In this document: positions 37,550-46,063 of the stretch, piece by piece | Layout: every line of letters begins with the position of its first letter | Position numbering within the stretch: the stretch's first letter is position 1 | Source of the DNA: Pseudomonadota bacterium | GTDB lineage: Bacteria > Pseudomonadota > Alphaproteobacteria > Rhodobacterales > Rhodobacteraceae | Assembly: GCA_040385165.1 (NCBI GenBank) | Contig: JAZKHX010000002.1 | Coordinates: 310,370 to 374,369, forward strand | Length of the DNA stretch: 64,000 bases | Reading direction: 5' to 3' | The notes under the pieces: generated by a model | The model's input: the letters and a program-made list of their open reading frames with translations, nothing else | The model's database searches: none | Told to the model about the DNA's origin: nothing | Translations under genes and position numbers: made by a program

Positions 37550-39025
37550 ATGACCCACACGCTTGGCATCGACATCGGCACCTTCGAATCCAAGGGCGTC
37601 CTCGTCGATGCCCAAGGCCGGATCACCGCCCAAGCCTCGCGCCCGCACAAGATGCTCGTCCCCCGCGCCGGATGGGCCGAACACCGGGCCGAAGAGGATT
37701 GGTGGGGCGACTTCGTCCACATCACCAAGGCGCTGCTTGAACAGTCCGGGCTGGACCCGATGGACATCAAGGCCGTCGCCGCCAGCGCCATCGGCCCCTG
37801 CATGCTGCCGGTGGACAGCGCCGGAAATCCCCTGATGAACGGCGTCCTCTACGGCGTCGACACCCGCGCCAGCGACCAGATCGCCGCCCTGAACGCCCGG
37901 ATCGGTGAGGCCACCATCCACCAACGCTGCGGCAATGCGCTGACCTCGCAATCCGTCGGGCCGAAGATCCTGTGGCTGAAGGAGACGCACCCGGATCTCT
38001 ACGCCCGGACGGCGATGGTCCTGACCTCGACCAGCTACCTCACCTGGAAGCTGACGGGCAAATACGTCATCGACCACTACACCGCTGCGAACTTCTCGCC
38101 GCTCTACGATGTCACGACGCAAGACTGGACCGCCGACCTCGCCCCCGAGATCATACCGCTGGACAAGCTGCCGAGACTGATGTGGTCCACCGAGATCGCC
38201 GGGCACATCACCGCCGAAGCCGCCCGCGAAACTGGCCTTGCGGAAGGCACACCCGTCACCTGCGGCACCATCGACGCCGCCAGCGAGGCGGTTTCGGTCG
38301 GCGTCCAGCACCCGGGCGAGATGATGCTGATGTATGGCTCGACCATCTTCATCATCCAGGTTACCGGCCAACCCGTCCGCGACCCGCGCCTGTGGTATGC
38401 GCCCTGGCTGTTCCCCGGCACCCATGCCTCGATGGCGGGGCTGGCGACAAGCGGAACGCTGACCCACTGGTTCCGCGACCAGCTGGCCCGCGACACCGAC
38501 TTTCCCGCGCTGGTGGCCGAGGCAGCGGAAAGCCCAAAGGGGGCCAAGGGTCTGATCTGCCTGCCCTATTTCTCGGGCGAGCGGACGCCGATCCATGACC
38601 CCCACGCGCGGGGCGCGTTCTTCGGCCTGAACCTCACCCACAGCCGCGCCGACCTGTTCCGCGCCGTGGTCGAAGGCATCGCCGCCGGGACCGCGCATGT
38701 GCTGGAAACCTATGCGGAGGCCGGGGCCAGTCCGACCCGCGTGCTGGCCGTGGGCGGCGGCACCCGCAACGCGCTCTGGCTTCAGGCGACCTCGGACTTC
38801 GCGCAAATCCGGCAACAGGTCTGCGCAAAGACCATCGGCGCAAGCTACGGCGACGCCTTCCTTGCCGCCCTTGCCATCGGGGCGGCGACGCCCTCGGACA
38901 TCCTGGCCTGGAACCCCGACGCCAGCACGGTCACGCCCGAGATTGTCCCCGCCTACGCCACGCAATACCCGCTGTGGAAACGGCTTTACACCCAGACCAA
39001 AGACCTGATGCAGGCGCTGCCATGA
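37550..39025 (+). CDS. FGGY-family carbohydrate kinase
   Basis: 491 aa with LGIDIGTFESKGVLVD N-terminus and a GGGTRN C-terminal motif. Confidence 0.9.
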   Translation: MTHTLGIDIGTFESKGVLVDAQGRITAQASRPHKMLVPRAGWAEHRAEEDWWGDFVHITKALLEQSGLDPMDIKAVAASAIGPCMLPVDSAGNPLMNGVLYGVDTRASDQIAALNARIGEATIHQRCGNALTSQSVGPKILWLKETHPDLYARTAMVLTSTSYLTWKLTGKYVIDHYTAANFSPLYDVTTQDWTADLAPEIIPLDKLPRLMWSTEIAGHITAEAARETGLAEGTPVTCGTIDAASEAVSVGVQHPGEMMLMYGSTIFIIQVTGQPVRDPRLWYAPWLFPGTHASMAGLATSGTLTHWFRDQLARDTDFPALVAEAAESPKGAKGLICLPYFSGERTPIHDPHARGAFFGLNLTHSRADLFRAVVEGIAAGTAHVLETYAEAGASPTRVLAVGGGTRNALWLQATSDFAQIRQQVCAKTIGASYGDAFLAALAIGAATPSDILAWNPDASTVTPEIVPAYATQYPLWKRLYTQTKDLMQALP

Positions 39026-39762
39026 CCGAATTCGCCCGCCTGCGCCCGCACCAGTTGCAAGAGGCCATCGCGGCGAATACCCCGGTCGTCCTGCCCATCG
39101 GGGTGATGGAATATCACGGCCAGCACCTTCCTGCCGGGGTGGACCTGCTGGCGGTGACCGAGGTTCTGGCCCGGCTTGGCGATGCGATCATCACCTTGCC
39201 GCCCTTCGCCTATGGCGCGGCGTCGCATGCCGTCGCGGGGCCAGAGGGGACGGGGACGCTGCACATCGACGCGGGCGCGATCCTGCCGCTGGCCGAGGGG
39301 CTGTTTGCGGCTCTCCTTACGGCAGGTTTCCGCAACATCCACGGCGTGATCCATCACCAGACCGAGGGCTTCGACCAGGGTATGCCGACCGACCTTGCCT
39401 TTCGCCTCGCGGGCCGCAACGCGATCATGGCGTTTCTGGAGGCGACGCGCGGCCCCGGCTGGTGGGGCGACCGGGGGATGCAGGATTACTACGCCCGGCA
39501 GGCGGAAGGGGCGGACCCGTTCAACTGGATCCGCATCCATCCGCTGTTTCCCAAGGGCGCCGACTTCCCCTTTGACCATGCCGGGAAGGGTGAGACGGCG
39601 TTGATGCAGGCCCTTGCGCCGGACACGGTGGACATCGCCCGAGCCGGGGAGGGGGACCATTGGTATACCGAGGATGCCGGTCAGGCCTCGCCGCTGATGG
39701 GCGAGGCCGGCGTGCAAATCGCCCTGGCCCATCTGCATCAGGTGCTGGGTCTTGCCGGGTAG
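39022..39762 (+). CDS. creatininase-family amidohydrolase-fold protein
   Basis: Trimmed to ATG 39022 (ATGA overlap). LPIGVMEYHGQHLP motif. Confidence 0.8.
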   Translation: MTEFARLRPHQLQEAIAANTPVVLPIGVMEYHGQHLPAGVDLLAVTEVLARLGDAIITLPPFAYGAASHAVAGPEGTGTLHIDAGAILPLAEGLFAALLTAGFRNIHGVIHHQTEGFDQGMPTDLAFRLAGRNAIMAFLEATRGPGWWGDRGMQDYYARQAEGADPFNWIRIHPLFPKGADFPFDHAGKGETALMQALAPDTVDIARAGEGDHWYTEDAGQASPLMGEAGVQIALAHLHQVLGLAG

Positions 39763-39780
39763 GCGGGCAGATTGCCCACC

Positions 39781-40236
39781 CTACGACTCGGGCAGATCGA
39801 CCACGCCCTTCTTCAGGATGAAGCAGCCGTAGGGCCCGGAATCCGCCGTGCGGATGATCGCGAAGGCGCGCTTCGCCGCGGCATAGAAGGCGAACCGCTC
39901 CAGCGGTTCAATGGTCACGGCACGGCCTTCGGCCCGGTCGACGACGGCCTGCATCCGGGCAAAGATCGGCACCACTCCGTCCGGCATGCCCACCACCTGC
40001 ATCCTTTGGACCGGAGCGGGGACGAAGCTATCCAGAGGCATCAGCGTCAGGATCGCCCGCGCTGCCGTGGGGATGTCGCAGCCCGCCATGTCGATCAGCC
40101 GCCCATAGGTCGTGTCCGCCGCGATGGTCGCGGCAGGATGGTTCACGTCGCAGATCACCAGATCGTCGCCGTGTCCCATCAGCATCAGGACATGCACGAT
40201 CTCGGCCGAAAGGCGCTGGTCGATCCCTTTCAGCAT
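39781..40236 (-). CDS. RbsD/FucU-family mutarotase (copy 1)
   Basis: Trimmed to ATG 40236. MLKGID..GHGDDLVICDVNHP. Confidence 0.85.
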   Translation of the reverse strand: MLKGIDQRLSAEIVHVLMLMGHGDDLVICDVNHPAATIAADTTYGRLIDMAGCDIPTAARAILTLMPLDSFVPAPVQRMQVVGMPDGVVPIFARMQAVVDRAEGRAVTIEPLERFAFYAAAKRAFAIIRTADSGPYGCFILKKGVVDLPES

Positions 40237-40302
40237 GGCCTGTCCGCAGATGAAGAAATCGTTAACGCCAACGGGCAAATCCTTGCCTCAAAAGGGTTTT
40301 CC

Positions 40303-40323
40303 AAAAATGTCCACTGTGGACAT
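40303..40323 (-). terminator. hairpin terminator after the permease genes
   Basis: On the minus strand, ATGTCCAC-A-GTGGACAT (7-bp stem, 3-nt loop) followed by TTTTTGG. It touches the permease stop codon. Confidence 0.55.
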
Positions 40324-41243
40324 CACTTCACCGCGCCTGCCGCCATCCCCTTGATGATGAACCGCTCCAGCGCGACGCCGATGATGATCAGCGGCAGGAT
40401 CGCAGCCGTCGACAGCGCGGCCATCGACCACCAGCTGATCCCCTGCGATCCGGTCTGGCTGGCCACCATCACCGGCAGGGTGTTGGCATGGGTCGACGTG
40501 AGGAGCGCCGCGAAGAAATACTCGTTCCAGGTCAGCACCAGCGACAGGATGAAGGCCGCGACCATGCCGGGCAGGGCAATCGGCAGGATGATGGTGAAGA
40601 AGGCCCCCCAGACGCCCAGACCATCGACCATTGCGGCCTCTTCCAGCTCGGTCGGGATTCCGGCGAACTGGTCGCGCATGATCCAGATGACGATGGGCAG
40701 GACCGACAGCGTATAGAGAAGGATCAGCCCGATGGTGGTATCGAGAAGCGCCAGCTCCTTGTACAGGACCAGGAAGGGCAGGGCGAGCACCACCGGCGGC
40801 AGGATCAGCTGCGACAGGAAGAAGAACGAGATGTCGTCGTTCTTCATCCAGAGGAACTTGTAGGAAAATCGCGACAGCCCGTAGGCGGCCAGCGAGCCGA
40901 GGACCACGGCAAGGGTCGAGGAGACCAGCGCGGTGATCGTGGAGTTGATGAAGCGTTTGACGAATTCGTCGCGGACCGTCGATTCAGCTCCGATCGTGTC
41001 CGGCGACAGGCCCAGCGACTTCCACCCCAGCCATTTCGGCTGGAAATCGACCCAAGGCACCATGTTCCCCTGCATCACGTTCGGGGCCATCTTGAAGCTG
41101 GTGGAGATGGTCCAGTAGATCGGAAAAAGGCAGATCACCGCCCAGAAGATCAGGATGCCGTAGACCGCGATCCGGTTCGCATACCATTTCATCCGGAAGC
41201 TGCGGTCGGTGGCGCTGTCCTTGAAGAGTGCCGCGTCGGTCAT
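40323..41243 (-). CDS. carbohydrate ABC transporter permease (MalG-like)
   Basis: The last 306 codons of the 603-aa track ORF. ATGA overlap with the upstream permease. EAAMVDGLGVWGAFFTIILP is an EAA loop. Confidence 0.9.
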   Translation of the reverse strand: MTDAALFKDSATDRSFRMKWYANRIAVYGILIFWAVICLFPIYWTISTSFKMAPNVMQGNMVPWVDFQPKWLGWKSLGLSPDTIGAESTVRDEFVKRFINSTITALVSSTLAVVLGSLAAYGLSRFSYKFLWMKNDDISFFFLSQLILPPVVLALPFLVLYKELALLDTTIGLILLYTLSVLPIVIWIMRDQFAGIPTELEEAAMVDGLGVWGAFFTIILPIALPGMVAAFILSLVLTWNEYFFAALLTSTHANTLPVMVASQTGSQGISWWSMAALSTAAILPLIIIGVALERFIIKGMAAGAVK

Positions 41244-42343
41244 GTGCGCGGCCCCGTCAGCCGTGTGGCCAGTTTCATCAGGATGGTCATGCCGATGATG
41301 ATGAACACCAGGTAGACCATCGCCAGCATCGTGCCGTAGCCGACGTTCGACCGGTCGCGGTATTCGCGGAAGATGAAGCTGGTGACCGTGTCCGTCGCCC
41401 CGCCCGGCCCGCCGGAGGTGACGTTGATCACGATGTCGGCCAGCTTGAGCTTGAAGATGATCCGGATCAGGATCGCGGTGATCGACACCGGCAGCATCAG
41501 CGGAAAGGTGACCTCCCAGAACGACCGCCAGCCGGTCGCGCCATCGACGCGCGACGCCTCGGTCAGCTCTTTGGGGATCGCCTGCAGACCGGCCAGCAGC
41601 ATGATCATCATGAAGGGGATGAAGGTCCAGGCATCCATCACCATGATCGTCAGCCGGGCCATTTCCGGCGTGCCGAAGAACGAGGGGTTCTCCCAGCCGA
41701 ACAGCCTGGCCAGGCGCGCGAGCGGGCCGAAACGCGGCTCCAGCATCGACTTGCCGACCATCCACGAGACGGCGACGGGCGACAGCATCAGCGGCAGAAG
41801 GAAAGCCACCCGGAAGAACTTCCGCGCCCGGATCTGCGCGTTCAGCAACAGGGCCAGGCCGAAGGCGATGGCGTATTCCAGAATGATCGCCAGAGTGTAC
41901 CAGACCATGTTGGCCAGCGCGTTCCAGTAGAACGGGTCGTTCCACATCTGCACCAGGTTGGCGACGCCGTTGAACTGGCGGCCATCCGGGCTGGACAGGT
42001 TCCAGCTGGAAAAGGCGATGATCAGGCCGAAAAGCAGCGGAAAGACTGTCAGCGACACGACGAAAAGTGCTGCCGGCAGAACGAAGAGGGTGCGTTTGCC
42101 CTGCTCGCCCCGGACCAGCACCTGCGCCCAGCACAGGGCTGTCGCCCAGAGGCAGAAGGCATAAAGCGTGGGCCGCCAGGTTTGAAAGCCGAAGTCGCTC
42201 CAGCCGATCGTCTGGGCGAGTTGCGCGGCGGCCAGGCCAAACATCAGCGCGGCGGTGCCCCAGACCAGCGCCTTGCCCAATTGTTTGCGACCGGGAGAGA
42301 TGTCGTCGGAGGTGACGATGTGAAGGTGTTCGCTGCTTGCCAT
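41240..42343 (-). CDS. carbohydrate ABC transporter permease (MalF-like)
   Basis: 367 aa, 6 TM helices, EASRVDGATGWRSFWEVTFP EAA loop. The ATG directly abuts operator copy 3. Confidence 0.9.
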   Translation of the reverse strand: MASSEHLHIVTSDDISPGRKQLGKALVWGTAALMFGLAAAQLAQTIGWSDFGFQTWRPTLYAFCLWATALCWAQVLVRGEQGKRTLFVLPAALFVVSLTVFPLLFGLIIAFSSWNLSSPDGRQFNGVANLVQMWNDPFYWNALANMVWYTLAIILEYAIAFGLALLLNAQIRARKFFRVAFLLPLMLSPVAVSWMVGKSMLEPRFGPLARLARLFGWENPSFFGTPEMARLTIMVMDAWTFIPFMMIMLLAGLQAIPKELTEASRVDGATGWRSFWEVTFPLMLPVSITAILIRIIFKLKLADIVINVTSGGPGGATDTVTSFIFREYRDRSNVGYGTMLAMVYLVFIIIGMTILMKLATRLTGPRT

Positions 42344-42344
42344 G

Positions 42345-42356
42345 CTAACATGTTAG
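42345..42356. promoter_or_regulatory. operator copy 3 (perfect CTAACATGTTAG, extended to GCTAACATGTTAGC)
   Basis: On the minus strand: TTGCGT, 16-nt spacer, TAACAT, GTTAGC, then ATG. This is the same geometry as at gntR. Confidence 0.55.
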
Positions 42357-42527
42357 CTGGAGCCAACAAGGACGCAAGCTCTATCCGGCGCAGGACATGT
42401 CGCGCTGACGGCCAGGAGGCACGTCGGCGGCGACAAAACCCGCCGGAGCCGAAGGCGCAAAGGTTGTCGCAGCCCGGTCAGCGCGCTGTCACGGGTGGTC
42501 CGGTGACTCGGCAGCGCGAGGTTGCCG

Positions 42528-42561
42528 ACAGGAAAGGGCGCGCCGGTTTCCCGGCGCGCCC
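42528..42561 (-). terminator. strong hairpin after the binding-protein gene
   Basis: 11-bp GC stem GGGCGCGCCGG / CCGGCGCGCCC with a 4-nt loop, followed by TTTCCTGT on the minus strand. Confidence 0.5.
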
Positions 42562-42601
42562 GAAAGACAGGGATGGGCAGCTTGCCCAGCCCAAGGGCTC
42601 G

Positions 42602-44233
42602 TCACATCCCCAGGCTCGCCTTGTAAAGCGCGATCTGGCTGTCGCGGCCGATCTCGTCGGTGATCTTCTCCCAGGCGGCGGCGATGGCGTCGGCCGTCTC
42701 CTGCGCGCTTGCATACTGACCGGCAAAGCCCTTCGCCAGCTCGTCCTCGGCGATGGAGTAGTACTGGAAGATGCCCGGGATGCGCGGTTCGATCGCGGCA
42801 TTGGGGTGGTTGTAGCTGTCGCGGTTCGACCCGAGGTAATCCTCGACGAAGGCCCGGTCATAGCCGGCCGCTTCCCATTCCTCGAACTGGAAGTGCGAGT
42901 TGCGGTAGGGCTGGAAGCCGGACGGATAGGCCGCCATCCAGAGCGAGATGTCCTTGCCGCCCAGATGCGCCGCAGCCGACCAGGCGGCCTTGCGCTTTTT
43001 CTCGTCTCCCGAGACCCGGGCAGTGACGTAGACGCCCCAGCCAAGATAGGCGAGGTTCGGGGCGAAGTTCTCGGTCTCCTCCCAGGCACCGGCGGCGTGG
43101 TTGTAGACGCGCTTGGCGCCCGGGTTGATGTCGAAGCCGACGACGTCACCCACGACCGAGGTGTCCGAGGTGCGGGCGTTGGACCCCACGTCGCCCCACC
43201 AGGTCAGCGCCGTTCCTGTTCCGGCGAGGAACTGGCTGAAGGCGGTGGTGCCGGGGTCGGCGTTGATCTGGTCCGGCGGATAGGCCTCCGCCTTGATGAG
43301 GTCCATCACGTCCTGGATCGCCTGCACCCAGCCCGGGTTGTTCACCCGCGGCTTCATCGTGTCGGGATCGAAGAGGAAGGCGGGGTCGGAGGGGTGCTTG
43401 ACGTAGGCGGTGGCACGGTCTTCCAGGAAGTAGAAGCCGAAGCCGCCCCAGCCCTTGAGCGGGTCGAGGAAACCGTAGGCCGGAAGGCCGGTCAGCGGGT
43501 CGGTCTTGCCTTTCAGCGCAATCGACATCGCGTTCACATCTTCCCAATGACGGGGCATCTCGGCCCCGCCGATGCCGCCTTCGCCGAAATAGTCCTTGCG
43601 GTAGGCGAGCGTGTGGCCGTCGCCGTCGATGGTGATCCGGTAGGTCTTGCCGTCCCAGGTGCCAACCGGGGGCTTGAGGTAGTTCACGAGGTCATCGGCC
43701 TCGATCTGCGCGGCCACCCAGTCGGGCATCGGGTCGAGAAGACCCTTGCCGGCGGTGTCGCCCTCGAAGGGGGCACCCATCTCGATGATGTCGAAATCGA
43801 CGGTGCCGGTGGCGATGGCCTGCTGGAGCCGCGGGTTGTAGTCGGCCTGGGCAAGGTCGATCCAGTTGATCTTGGCACCGGTGTAGGCCTCCCACGGTTT
43901 CAGGAAGCCGCGGAACAGGACGTTGTGCAGGTTCTGGTTGTTGAGCCCCATGAAGGTCAGCTCGACCCCCGCAAATTCACCCTCGGCGACGTTGGCCTTG
44001 GTCGCTCCCAGGGTCATTTCGCCGACCTTCTGCCAATCGGCATCCGTCGGGCTGCCCATCCCCACTCCGGGGATCTTCAGGATTTCGGCGCGGAGATTTT
44101 CCTGCGCCATGGCCGGGCGGACGCCCATGGCCATCGGCATCGCGGCCATCGCGCCCAGGGCGGCGGTGCCCTGCAGCATGCGGCGGCGGTTCAGTCTGGA
44201 CCGCGACATCGCCTCGTAAAGTTCGACCTTCAA
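42602..44233 (-). CDS. large periplasmic sugar-binding protein (family 1) with twin-arginine signal
   Basis: 543 aa. SRSRLNRRRMLQGTAALGAMAA is Tat-like. TTG start 44233 has GGGAGGAG 5 nt upstream. ATG 44209 is the alternative. Confidence 0.85.
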   Translation of the reverse strand: MKVELYEAMSRSRLNRRRMLQGTAALGAMAAMPMAMGVRPAMAQENLRAEILKIPGVGMGSPTDADWQKVGEMTLGATKANVAEGEFAGVELTFMGLNNQNLHNVLFRGFLKPWEAYTGAKINWIDLAQADYNPRLQQAIATGTVDFDIIEMGAPFEGDTAGKGLLDPMPDWVAAQIEADDLVNYLKPPVGTWDGKTYRITIDGDGHTLAYRKDYFGEGGIGGAEMPRHWEDVNAMSIALKGKTDPLTGLPAYGFLDPLKGWGGFGFYFLEDRATAYVKHPSDPAFLFDPDTMKPRVNNPGWVQAIQDVMDLIKAEAYPPDQINADPGTTAFSQFLAGTGTALTWWGDVGSNARTSDTSVVGDVVGFDINPGAKRVYNHAAGAWEETENFAPNLAYLGWGVYVTARVSGDEKKRKAAWSAAAHLGGKDISLWMAAYPSGFQPYRNSHFQFEEWEAAGYDRAFVEDYLGSNRDSYNHPNAAIEPRIPGIFQYYSIAEDELAKGFAGQYASAQETADAIAAAWEKITDEIGRDSQIALYKASLGM

Positions 44234-44436
44234 GATAGCTCCTCCCTTTGAAACGTGCCCGAACCGGTTTTTCCGGCGTGGCTTGGTGTGTGTTTTCCAG
44301 TGTCACTTGAAACGTCACTTTGCGGGCGGGTTCCTGCCGGTCCGCAGACGGATCGCACTCTGTCGGGGTCTCCCTCTCCCCGTCTGGCAGCATGCCTGCG
44401 GGCAGCTTCGCAAGGCCGCAGGGTCCTGTCAAGATT

Positions 44437-44448
44437 CTAACATGTTAG
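44437..44448. promoter_or_regulatory. operator copy 4 (perfect CTAACATGTTAG)
   Basis: Lies between the divergent SBP and ATPase genes and is followed by TATG, which opens a 12-codon ORF. Confidence 0.55.
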
Positions 44449-44520
44449 TATGGTCAGCGGATGGACAGACCCTGCGATGCTGCGGTAGGAGTTTGCAGGG
44501 GTTCCAGGGGGGGCACGCGT

Positions 44521-45570
44521 TTGGCCGAGGTGACGATCCGCGCATTGCGCAAGACTTACGGCGGTTTGCAGGTGATCCACGGGCTTGATCTCGACATTCC
44601 CGACGGGGCCTTCGTGGTGCTGGTCGGACCGTCCGGCTGCGGCAAGTCCACGCTGCTGCGGATGATCGCCGGGCTGGAGGAAGTGACCGGCGGGGACATC
44701 AGGATCGGCGAGAAACGGGTGAACAACCTGCCGCCGTCCGAGCGCGACATCGCGATGGTGTTCCAGAACTACGCGCTTTACCCGCACAAGACCGTGGCCG
44801 CGAACATGGGCTTTGCGCTGAAGATGCGCGGGATGGACAAGGCTGCGGTCCGCGCCAAGGTGGAACGCGCGGCGGGCATCCTGGGCCTGACGCCCTATCT
44901 TGACCGCTATCCCCGCGCCCTGTCGGGCGGCCAGCGCCAGCGCGTCGCGATGGGCCGTGCCATCGTGCGCGATCCGCAGGTGTTCCTGTTCGACGAGCCC
45001 CTGTCGAACCTGGACGCCAAGCTGCGGGTCCAGATGCGCACCGAGATCAAGGAGCTGCACCAGGGGCTGAAGACCACCACGGTCTACGTCACCCACGACC
45101 AGATCGAGGCGATGACCATGGCCGACCGGATCGTCGTGATGCAGGGCGGGCGGATCGAGCAGGTCGGCGCGCCGCTGGAGCTTTACGACCGCCCCGCCAA
45201 TGCCTTTGTCGCGGCCTTCATCGGCAGCCCGTCGATGAACCTCTTCGAGGGCCGCGTGTCCGGCGGGATGGTCGATCTCGGTGCCTCGCGCCTGCCGCTG
45301 CCGACCGGTGTCATGGCCGAGGAGGGGCGCGCGGTGATCTACGGCATCCGGCCCGAGCATCTGCACGAGGCCGGCGAGGGCCTCGCAGCAACGGTCGCGG
45401 TGATCGAGCCGACGGGGTCGGAGACACATGTGGTGCTGCGCCATGCCGGGCGAGATCTGACGGCGGTGTTCCGCAACCGGGTTGCCTTCGCGCCCGGCGC
45501 TGCCCTGACGCTTGCGCCGGACCTGGGCGCGGCACATCTGTTCGACAAGGCCACCGGCCAGCGCATCTAG
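44521..45570 (+). CDS. sugar ABC transporter ATP-binding protein (MalK/UgpC type)
   Basis: Walker [30 protein letters not shown] 44521 gives the typical [16 protein letters not shown]-terminus. Start uncertain (GTG 44530 also possible). Confidence 0.88.
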   Translation: MAEVTIRALRKTYGGLQVIHGLDLDIPDGAFVVLVGPSGCGKSTLLRMIAGLEEVTGGDIRIGEKRVNNLPPSERDIAMVFQNYALYPHKTVAANMGFALKMRGMDKAAVRAKVERAAGILGLTPYLDRYPRALSGGQRQRVAMGRAIVRDPQVFLFDEPLSNLDAKLRVQMRTEIKELHQGLKTTTVYVTHDQIEAMTMADRIVVMQGGRIEQVGAPLELYDRPANAFVAAFIGSPSMNLFEGRVSGGMVDLGASRLPLPTGVMAEEGRAVIYGIRPEHLHEAGEGLAATVAVIEPTGSETHVVLRHAGRDLTAVFRNRVAFAPGAALTLAPDLGAAHLFDKATGQRI

Positions 45571-45595
45571 GCCAGCGCATCCAGAGGAGACGTTC

Positions 45596-46048
45596 ATGCT
45601 GAAGGGAATCGACAACCGGCTGAATGCCGACGTGCTGGGGGCCTTGCGCGCGATGGGGCACGGCGACGTGCTGATCCTCGCCGACACCAACTTTCCCGCT
45701 TCCTCGGTAGCGCGGGCGACGGTGACGGGGCAGCTTCTGCGGATGGAGAACCTGACCTCAGCCGAAGCCGTCAACGCGATCCTGTCGGTCCTGCCGCTGG
45801 ACACTTTCGTCGACGACTTTGCGGGGCGTATGGAGGTGGTCGGCGATCCGGCCGCGATCCCCCCGGTCCAGGCCGAAGTGCAAGCCGAAATCGACGCGGC
45901 CGAGGGCCGTTCGCGCCCGATGGTCGGGATCGAACGCTTTGCCTTCTACGACATGGCGCGCACATCCTATGCCGTGATCCAGACTGGCGAGCGCCGGTTC
46001 TACGGCTGCTTCATGTTCCGCAAGGGTGTCATTCCGCCCTCGTCGTGA
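45596..46048 (+). CDS. RbsD/FucU-family mutarotase (copy 2)
   Basis: Trimmed to ATG 45596 (AGAGGAGA upstream). MLKGID..GHGDVLILADTNFP. Confidence 0.85.
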   Translation: MLKGIDNRLNADVLGALRAMGHGDVLILADTNFPASSVARATVTGQLLRMENLTSAEAVNAILSVLPLDTFVDDFAGRMEVVGDPAAIPPVQAEVQAEIDAAEGRSRPMVGIERFAFYDMARTSYAVIQTGERRFYGCFMFRKGVIPPSS

Positions 46049-46063
46049 TCGGCGGTTCCGTTG

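Noticed and set aside
33525-38965. Several 480-590-aa minus-strand ORFs (33525-34991, 36112-37803, 37520-38965) and the upstream 250 codons of ORF 34541-36316.
   Set aside because: They are antisense or out of frame relative to the recognisable TIM-barrel, BtpA, M42 and FGGY genes. Only the last 339 codons of 34541-36316 (the aldo/keto reductase) are credible.
41228-44251. 1007-aa plus-strand ORF across the permease and binding-protein genes.
   Set aside because: It is antisense to ABC permease and SBP genes that carry clear EAA loops and a Tat signal. Its composition is low-complexity and Arg/Gly-rich with no recognisable domain.
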